DNA of 64,000 nucleotides from Escherichia coli (GTDB lineage Bacteria; Pseudomonadota; Gammaproteobacteria; Enterobacterales; Enterobacteriaceae): NCBI RefSeq assembly GCF_013315695.1, contig NZ_CP054353.1; one strand, 5' to 3'. Shown piece by piece: positions 52,851 to 64,000 of this stretch (position 1 is its first letter; each line of letters starts with the position of its first letter). The notes under the pieces were generated by a model. It saw only the letters and a program-made list of their open reading frames with translations, ran no database searches and was not told where the DNA came from. The position numbers and the translations under genes were made by a program.

Positions 52851-53522
52851 TCAAAGAATCATTTTATGAATTACAAAGCCTTCACCCAGATCGCTATTGA
52901 CCTGTTGCCCGCGAAATTGTGCAACTGCACGCAGGCGATCATGACGCATATAATCGCGTCGTTCCTGGCTTTTATGTTTTTTTAATGCAGCAAGTTTGAC
53001 TGTGAAATATTCTTCTTTAACGGATTCAAAAACCTGAGGCATAAATGAAAGCCAGGTACTCGGGGTTTCGTAGCCGAGAATTTGTGGAATAGTTCGGCAG
53101 GCAACCATTGAGGCTTGATAGACTGCAAGATGATCCTGATGGCGGTCAGCATCATGCATGGTGTATACACGAATGATTTCTACATCAGACGGAATTTGAT
53201 TTTTAATGATGTCTTCCAGGGCGGAAATCATATCATTGAGCTGTAAATGAGCGCGGGTGTCAGCAAAATTAAGATGAATAGTTTGGTGGCACCCTAATAT
53301 CTTTAGGGCGTTGCGCGATTCTTCATGGCGATCGATTATTCCATCTGTGCCAGAGTTGCCGGTAGTCATCACCACGGCTGCGATATAAATTCCTTTTTGC
53401 GCAAGACGAGCAAGCGATGCGCCACAGCCTAATTCTATATCGTCAGGATGTGCGCCAATAGCAAGGATACCCTTTCTTTTATTTGCCGAAGAAAGGAGGG
53501 CTGAATCTAAAACCTTATCCAC
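52851..53522 (-). CDS. yaiS: LmbE/PIG-L-family deacetylase YaiS
   Basis: AHPDDIELGCG motif characteristic of the PIG-L family. Confidence 0.85.
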   Translation of the reverse strand: MDKVLDSALLSSANKRKGILAIGAHPDDIELGCGASLARLAQKGIYIAAVVMTTGNSGTDGIIDRHEESRNALKILGCHQTIHLNFADTRAHLQLNDMISALEDIIKNQIPSDVEIIRVYTMHDADRHQDHLAVYQASMVACRTIPQILGYETPSTWLSFMPQVFESVKEEYFTVKLAALKKHKSQERRDYMRHDRLRAVAQFRGQQVNSDLGEGFVIHKMIL

Positions 53523-54136
53523 TTAATGACACTCCATTTTATTTATTATACTACAAGCACAACGATGCACTCAGAGACGTAATCTCTGGCGCAGCCAGAT
53601 GTTAATTTATAAATGTTAAATGTTGCTAATAACTGAAAAGCAAGGGCTTTCAGACCCGGAGGTTCGACTGGGTAATGTTTTTATGCAATTCATATGTTAA
53701 GTGTTTGTATGTTTGGTATGTATAGTTATTTTGTTTTATACATTGTATTTAGATGTAATTTAGTTTGTCAATTAATTGCATTTAAAAATATGTTCTGTGA
53801 ACAAGTATTGTTTATATACATCATGTGAATGTAATATGCGAGTGATTGAGAATGATACAGTGATATATACAATGCGAATATAATAGTTTTATTATATGTA
53901 TTGATATTGATAGAAATAATGAAGTAATAAATCTCGTAATGTGGTTGTTTATGCATCACTAAAATGAAGTGTAGTAATTTTCCCAATTGTTAGAACGGAG
54001 TAATTGCATATTTAATCTTTCCTTTGCCGTTTTTTTGCTAAGAATAAAATCATCTGTGCGATAACGACTAATTCTTTTAATGAATGTTTTTATTCCTGAA
54101 TACTGCTCCCATAACAAGACAGGGGAGCAGACAATC

Positions 54137-55099
54137 ATGGCAATTTCATCGCGTAACACACTTCTTGCCGCACTGGCATTCATCGCTTTTCAGGCGCAGG
54201 CGGTGAACGTCACCGTGGCGTATCAAACCTCCGCCGAACCGGCGAAAGTGGCTCAGGCCGACAACACCTTTGCTAAAGAAAGCGGAGCAACCGTGGACTG
54301 GCGTAAGTTTGACAGCGGAGCCAGCATCGTGCGGGCGCTGGCTTCAGGCGACGTGCAAATCGGCAACCTCGGTTCCAGCCCGTTAGCGGTTGCAACCAGC
54401 CAACAGGTGCCGATTGAAGTCTTCTTGCTGGCGTCAAAACTGGGTAACTCCGAAGCGCTGGTGGTAAAGAAAACTATCAGTAAACCGGAAGACTTGATTG
54501 GTAAACGCATCGCCGTACCGTTTATCTCCACCACCCACTACAGCCTGCTGGCGGCGCTGAAACACTGGGGTATTAAACCCGGGCAAGTGGAGATTGTGAA
54601 CCTGCAGCCGCCCGCGATTATCGCTGCATGGCAGCGGGGAGACATTGATGGTGCTTATGTCTGGGCACCGGCGGTTAACGCCCTGGAAAAAGACGGCAAG
54701 GTGCTGACCGATTCTGAACAGGTCGGGCAGTGGGGTGCGCCGACGCTGGATGTCTGGGTAGTGCGCAAAGATTTTGCCGAGAAACATCCTGAGGTCGTGA
54801 AAGCGTTCGCTAAAAGCGCCATCGATGCTCAGCAACCGTACATTGCTAACCCAGACGCGTGGCTGAAACAGCCGGAAAACATCAGCAAACTGGCGCGGTT
54901 AAGCGGCGTGCCTGAAGGTGACGTTCCGGGGCTGGTGAAGGGGAATACCTATCTGACGCCGCAGCAGCAAACGGCAGAACTGACCGGATCGGTGAACAAA
55001 GCGATCATCGACACCGCGCAGTTTTTGAAAGATCAGGGCAAAGTCCCTGCCGTGGCGAATGATTACAGCCAGTACGTGACCTCGCGCTTCGTGCAATAA
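54137..55099 (+). CDS. tauA: Taurine ABC transporter periplasmic binding protein TauA
   Basis: Start at MAISSRNTLLAALAFIAFQAQA gives 320 aa. Confidence 0.95.
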   Translation: MAISSRNTLLAALAFIAFQAQAVNVTVAYQTSAEPAKVAQADNTFAKESGATVDWRKFDSGASIVRALASGDVQIGNLGSSPLAVATSQQVPIEVFLLASKLGNSEALVVKKTISKPEDLIGKRIAVPFISTTHYSLLAALKHWGIKPGQVEIVNLQPPAIIAAWQRGDIDGAYVWAPAVNALEKDGKVLTDSEQVGQWGAPTLDVWVVRKDFAEKHPEVVKAFAKSAIDAQQPYIANPDAWLKQPENISKLARLSGVPEGDVPGLVKGNTYLTPQQQTAELTGSVNKAIIDTAQFLKDQGKVPAVANDYSQYVTSRFVQ

Positions 55100-55111
55100 A
55101 AGGAGGCGCAG

Positions 55112-55879
55112 ATGCTGCAAATCTCTCATCTTTACGCCGATTATGGCGGCAAACCGGCACTGGAAGATATCAACCTGACGCTGGAAAGCGGCGAGCTTCT
55201 GGTGGTTCTGGGACCGTCTGGCTGCGGCAAAACCACCTTGCTGAATCTGATTGCCGGTTTTGTGCCTTATCAGCATGGCAGCATTCAACTGGCGGGTAAG
55301 CGTATTGAGGGACCGGGAGCAGAGCGTGGCGTAGTTTTTCAGAATGAAGGGCTGTTGCCGTGGCGTAATGTGGTAGACAACGTGGCGTTCGGCCTGCAAC
55401 TGGCAGGTGTAGAGAAAGTACAGCGCCTGGAAATCGCGCACCAGATGCTGAAAAAAGTGGGGCTGGAAGGCGCAGAAAAACGCTATATCTGGCAGCTTTC
55501 CGGCGGTCAACGTCAGCGGGTAGGGATTGCCCGCGCGCTGGCGGCGAATCCCCAGCTGTTATTACTCGACGAACCGTTTGGCGCTCTGGACGCCTTCACC
55601 CGCGATCAGATGCAAACCCTGCTGCTGAAACTCTGGCAGGAGACGGGCAAGCAGGTGCTGTTGATTACCCACGATATAGAAGAAGCGGTGTTTATGGCGA
55701 CTGAACTGGTTCTGCTTTCACCCGGCCCAGGCCGTGTGCTGGAGCGGCTGCCGCTCCACTTTGCTCGCCGCTTTGTTGCGGGAGAGTCGAGCCGCAGCAT
55801 CAAGTCCGATCCACAATTCATCGCCATGCGCGAATATGTTTTAAGCCGCGTATTTGAGCAACGGGAGGCGTTCTCATGA
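55112..55879 (+). CDS. tauB: Taurine ABC transporter ATPase TauB
   Basis: Walker [10 protein letters not shown] and ABC signature LSGGQRQR. Confidence 0.95.
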   Translation: MLQISHLYADYGGKPALEDINLTLESGELLVVLGPSGCGKTTLLNLIAGFVPYQHGSIQLAGKRIEGPGAERGVVFQNEGLLPWRNVVDNVAFGLQLAGVEKVQRLEIAHQMLKKVGLEGAEKRYIWQLSGGQRQRVGIARALAANPQLLLLDEPFGALDAFTRDQMQTLLLKLWQETGKQVLLITHDIEEAVFMATELVLLSPGPGRVLERLPLHFARRFVAGESSRSIKSDPQFIAMREYVLSRVFEQREAFS

Positions 55880-56703
55880 GTGTACTCATTAATGAAAAAC
55901 TGCATTCGCATCGGCTGAAATGGCGCTGGCCGCTCTCGCGTCAGGTGACCTTAAGCATTGGTACGTTAGCGGTTTTGCTCACTGTATGGTGGGCAGTCGC
56001 GGCGCTGCAACTGATTAGCCCGCTGTTTTTGCCGCCACCGCAACAGGTACTGGCAAAACTGCTCACCATTGCCGGACCGCAGGGATTTATGGACGCCACG
56101 CTGTGGCAGCATCTGGCAGCCAGCCTGACGCGCATTTTGCTGGCGCTACTCGCGGCGGTGTTGATCGGTATTCCGGTCGGGATCGCCATGGGGCTAAGCC
56201 CGACGGTGCGCGGTATTCTGGATCCGATAATCGAGCTTTATCGTCCGGTGCCGCCGCTGGCTTATTTGCCGCTGATGGTGATCTGGTTTGGTATTGGTGA
56301 AACCTCGAAGATCTTACTGATCTATTTAGCGATTTTTGCACCTGTGGCGATGTCGGCGCTGGCGGGGGTGAAAAGCGCGCAGCAGGTTCGCATTCGTGCC
56401 GCCCAGTCGCTGGGTGCCAGCCGTGCGCAGGTGCTGTGGTTTGTTATTTTGCCCGGTGCGCTGCCGGAAATTCTCACCGGATTACGCATTGGTCTGGGTG
56501 TGGGCTGGTCTACCCTGGTGGCGGCGGAGCTGATTGCCGCGACGCGCGGTTTGGGTTTTATGGTCCAGTCAGCGGGTGAATTTCTCGCGACTGACGTGGT
56601 GCTGGCGGGGATCGCGGTGATTGCGATTATCGCTTTTCTTTTAGAACTGGGTTTGCGCGCGTTACAGCGCCGCCTGACGCCCTGGCATGGAGAAGTACAA
56701 TGA
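55876..56703 (+). CDS. tauC: Taurine ABC transporter permease TauC
   Basis: 275-aa multi-TM permease. Confidence 0.95.
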   Translation: MSVLINEKLHSHRLKWRWPLSRQVTLSIGTLAVLLTVWWAVAALQLISPLFLPPPQQVLAKLLTIAGPQGFMDATLWQHLAASLTRILLALLAAVLIGIPVGIAMGLSPTVRGILDPIIELYRPVPPLAYLPLMVIWFGIGETSKILLIYLAIFAPVAMSALAGVKSAQQVRIRAAQSLGASRAQVLWFVILPGALPEILTGLRIGLGVGWSTLVAAELIAATRGLGFMVQSAGEFLATDVVLAGIAVIAIIAFLLELGLRALQRRLTPWHGEVQ

Positions 56704-57551
56704 GTGAACGTCTGAGCATTACCCCGCTGGGGCCGTATATTGGCGCACAAATTTCGGGTGCCGACCTGACGCGCCCGTTAAGCGATAATCAGTTTGAACA
56801 GCTTTACCATGCGGTGCTGCGCCATCAGGTGGTGTTTCTGCGCGATCAAGCTATTACGCCGCAGCAGCAACGCGCGCTGGCCCAGCGTTTTGGCGAACTG
56901 CATATTCACCCTGTTTACCCTCATGCCGAAGGGGTTGACGAGATCATCGTGCTGGATACTCATAACGATAATCCGCCGGATAACGACAACTGGCATACCG
57001 ATGTGACATTTATTGAAACGCCACCCGCAGGGGCGATTCTGGCGGCAAAAGAGTTACCCTCGACCGGCGGCGATACGCTCTGGACCAGCGGTATTGCGGC
57101 CTATGAGGCGCTCTCTGTTCCCTTCCGCCAACTGCTGAGCGGGCTGCGTGCGGAGCATGATTTCCGTAAATCGTTCCCGGAATACAAATACCGCAAAACC
57201 GAGGAGGAGCATCAACGCTGGCGCGAGGCGGTCGCGAAAAATCTGCCGTTGCTACATCCGGTGGTGCGAACGCATCCGGTGAGCGGTAAACAGGCGCTGT
57301 TTGTGAATGAAGGCTTTACTACGCGAATTGTTGATGTGAGCGAGAAAGAGAGCGAAGCCTTGTTAAGTTTTTTGTTTGCCCATATCACCAAACCGGAGTT
57401 TCAGGTGCGTTGGCGTTGGCAGCCAAATGATATTGCGATTTGGGATAACCGTGTGACTCAGCACTATGCCAATGCGGATTACCTGCCACAGCGGCGGATT
57501 ATGCATCGGGCGACGATCATTGGGGATAAACCGTTTTATCGGGCGGGGTAA
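56700..57551 (+). CDS. tauD: Taurine dioxygenase TauD
   Basis: 283 aa. Confidence 0.95.
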   Translation: MSERLSITPLGPYIGAQISGADLTRPLSDNQFEQLYHAVLRHQVVFLRDQAITPQQQRALAQRFGELHIHPVYPHAEGVDEIIVLDTHNDNPPDNDNWHTDVTFIETPPAGAILAAKELPSTGGDTLWTSGIAAYEALSVPFRQLLSGLRAEHDFRKSFPEYKYRKTEEEHQRWREAVAKNLPLLHPVVRTHPVSGKQALFVNEGFTTRIVDVSEKESEALLSFLFAHITKPEFQVRWRWQPNDIAIWDNRVTQHYANADYLPQRRIMHRATIIGDKPFYRAG

Positions 57552-57558
57552 GGGGGAA

Positions 57559-57582
57559 ATGCCGGGTTGGATAACCCGGCAT
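57559..57582. terminator. Bidirectional terminator hairpin between tauD and hemB
   Basis: ATGCCGGGTT-GGAT-AACCCGGCAT between the convergent stop codons. Confidence 0.7.
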
Positions 57583-57590
57583 AATGATCA

Positions 57591-58565
57591 TTAACGCAGA
57601 ATCTTCTTCTCAGCCAAATCCAGCGCAAAGTAGCTGAAAATCAGATCCGCACCCGCACGCTTAATCGAACCTAAGCTTTCGAGCACAACTTTCTCTTCAT
57701 CTATAGCACCCGCCAGCGCGGCGAACTTAATCATCGCGTACTCACCGCTCACCTGATACGCGCCAATCGGCAATTCAGTACGTTCACGCAGCTCACGCAC
57801 GATGTCGAGGTACGCTCCAGCAGGTTTAACCATCAGGCAGTCTGCGCCCTGGGCTTCATCCAGCAGTGATTCACGAATCGCCTCACGACGGTTCATTGGA
57901 TTCATCTGATAGCTTTTGCGGTCGCCTTTTAATGCGCTTCCCGCAGCTTCACGGAACGGGCCATAAAAGGAAGAGGCAAACTTGGTCGAATACGACATAA
58001 TCGCCGTATCTTTAAAGCCCGCAGCGTCCAGCGCCTGGCGAATCGCCTGTACCTGGCCGTCCATCGCGGCGGAAGGGGCGATGAAATCTGCGCCTGCAGC
58101 AGCTGCAACCACGGCTTGCTTGCCTAAATTTTCCAGAGTCGCGTCGTTGTCGACGCCATGCTCGCACAGCACACCGCAGTGACCGTGAGAAGTGTATTCA
58201 CAGAAACAAGTGTCTGACATGACGATCATTTCTGGCACAGTCTGCTTGCAGATGCGCGACATACGCGCCACCAGTCCATCTTCCCGCCAGGCGTCGCTGC
58301 CGGTTTCATCGGTATGGTGAGAGATGCCGAAAGTCATCACGGAACGAATACCGGCGTTGGCGATGCGTTCAATTTCGCGTGCCAGATGTTTCTCTGGAAT
58401 ACGCATCACGCCTGGCATGGCTTCAACGGCTTTGTAGTCGTCAATTTCTTCTTCAACAAAGATCGGCAACACCAGGTCGTTAAGGCTAAGTGTTGTCTCT
58501 TCAAACATAGCGCGCAGCGCAGGAGATTTGCGCAGGCGACGAGGGCGTTGGATTAAATCTGTCAT
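57591..58565 (-). CDS. hemB: Porphobilinogen synthase HemB
   Basis: Start at [21 protein letters not shown] gives 324 aa. Confidence 0.95.
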
Positions 58566-59090
58566 GGTCTGCCTGATGTTTGTGGAATCGAGGGGCATAG
58601 TATACCTGAAGCAGGGTGGGGATGTTTTACGAAAGTTGTCGCGATGTTGACAAGAAGAGAATGGAAGAGAGGCCAGGACATCTTTGTAATAGAAATAGCA
58701 ATAATTTCATATTCACTGAAAATATTTTTAATTTTTATTTATAGTCATGGATTATTGTTTTTGGGGATTTGGTTTCGTTATCAAAAACGGAATGATTTAA
58801 AGTTCATTGGTTATTGATAGATTATTTGTCTGGTTTGTGTGTTTGATATTTTAAATGCATATGCTTTAAAAATGGAAATCCTGTTAACTTGTTGAAACAT
58901 TAAGCTTTTATCAATTTTTTCTTTGTGTGTTCCTCCGTGCTTTATATATGTCCGTAACCGGACTTCGGGGAAAGAATAATTGAACCATTCCTCAATAACG
59001 CCGCATAATCGTTAGCGCGAAACATAATATGTTTTCTATGCATTGATAATTGATGGATCAACTTATTACGTCCCTGAGGAGGGATGACAA

Positions 59091-62012
<2,922 letters not shown>

Positions 62013-62026
62013 TGAAGAAATAGGTT

Positions 62027-62709
<683 letters not shown>

Positions 62710-63867
62710 TCAGGACGCGGGGATGACCAACGGTTTATTCCCGCTCAGTTCGGTCACCAGGTCATTGATGCCATCGCTCATATTTTTAAAGCGCGTCAAT
62801 GGCGAACGAGTGACCACCACAAACGCGCCAATATTCTTCTGCGGGATCATCGCCATATAGGTAATGAAACCGCCACCACCGCCTGTCTTCTGAATAATCC
62901 CCGGACGACCCTCTTTCGGGGCCATATATACCCAGCCTAAACCAAGCGCATCCGCTTTGCCGGGGACATCCATGCCAATCACTTTCGTAAACTGCGCGCG
63001 CTGATAAATCAACGTCTGCATGCGATCTGCCTGATTACTGCGCTGATAAAAATCAGATGACAAATACTGCTGCATCCAGCGCATCATATCGCCAGGCGTG
63101 GAATAGACGCCGCCGCTGCCAATTGCCGCCAGCGTGTTATTGCACGGACTGGCACCGCGCTCAGCAACCATTAAACGGCGGCACTGATCCGGTGAGGGGG
63201 TGTAGGTGGTGTCTTTCATCCCCAATGGACGGGTAATCTGCTCTTCAAACAACTGGGTATAAGGCTTGCCGGACGCATTCGCCAGTGCATCTGCCAGCAG
63301 GTCGAACGCAAGGTTAGAGTACGCCGCCTGACTGCCTGGCGCGGCTTTCAGCTTCGCCGTAGAAAGGTATTTCCAGCGTTGCTCGCGCGTTGGCCAGACA
63401 AACACCGGACGATGTGCCGCGCCACCGGGCTGTTCACGGGGCAGGGCGCTAGTATGGGTTGCCAGATTGACCAGCGTAATGGGCGTCCCATTGTAGGTTG
63501 GCACGCGTGCGCCTGGCGGAGCATATTTACTTAGCGGATCGTTTAACTTCACGGTCCCCTGGTCGAGCAATTTCACCAGCATCTCACTGGTCATTAGCTT
63601 GGTGAGGGAAGCAATACGCACGACCGAATCCAGCTGCGGGCGAACGTTATTACCAGGTCGCGTTTCGCCATAACTGCGAAAGACGCGCTGGTTACCGTCG
63701 ATAACAACCAGCGCCATCCCCGTGGCACCGCTGCCGTAAAAAATATGATCGGCATAACGATCGACAATATCAGAGGCAAACTCCGGTTCAGTGATCGGCT
63801 GCGCCGCATGGACGGAGGTCAATGACGCCGCACACAGCACGGCAGAAAAAAGCAGACTACGTTTCAA
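62710..63867 (-). CDS. ampH: Penicillin-binding protein AmpH (class C beta-lactamase fold)
   Basis: 385 aa with signal peptide and active-site SxxK (ASLTK). Confidence 0.9.
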   Translation of the reverse strand: MKRSLLFSAVLCAASLTSVHAAQPITEPEFASDIVDRYADHIFYGSGATGMALVVIDGNQRVFRSYGETRPGNNVRPQLDSVVRIASLTKLMTSEMLVKLLDQGTVKLNDPLSKYAPPGARVPTYNGTPITLVNLATHTSALPREQPGGAAHRPVFVWPTREQRWKYLSTAKLKAAPGSQAAYSNLAFDLLADALANASGKPYTQLFEEQITRPLGMKDTTYTPSPDQCRRLMVAERGASPCNNTLAAIGSGGVYSTPGDMMRWMQQYLSSDFYQRSNQADRMQTLIYQRAQFTKVIGMDVPGKADALGLGWVYMAPKEGRPGIIQKTGGGGGFITYMAMIPQKNIGAFVVVTRSPLTRFKNMSDGINDLVTELSGNKPLVIPAS

Positions 63868-64000
63868 CGGTGGTGTCCATAAATTGAATGAAGGTAACTG
63901 AGCGTATTTATACTACTCATTGATGGATTGCAAAGGGCGAATTAGTGCAATAATAGTGTTAAAAACGTAACGGCGCGTAAACACGATCTTTTTCCTGCTC

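Overview
This window is Escherichia coli chromosome from a non-K-12 lineage. Bases 1-13.8 kb are a degraded integrative island (phage/satellite-like) with a tyrosine integrase, an IS2 insertion, a 2.6-kb ORF-poor iteron-rich segment, a PerC-like regulator, AT-rich moron-like membrane genes and a 701-aa orphan protein; this is where any undescribed system would sit, and none is identified with confidence. An IS1 copy (13808-14575) separates the island from a conserved block: LysR regulator, two aldo-keto reductases, intact intimin-like adhesin eaeH/fdeC, ykgA-like AraC regulator, rclCBA/rclR and ykgEFG. A second, directly oriented IS1 (31495-32262) fuses ykgG-downstream DNA to a 3'-truncated lacA, implying loss of the ykgH-to-cynX interval present in K-12. 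The rest is syntenic core: lacYZ-lacI, mhpR-mhpABCDFE-mhpT, yaiL, frmRAB, yaiO, an uninterrupted yaiX-yaiP-yaiS cluster, tauABCD, hemB, intact autotransporter yaiT, yaiV and ampH. All calls rest on reading the sequence and recalled protein families; no database search was run, and comparisons to K-12 are from memory.
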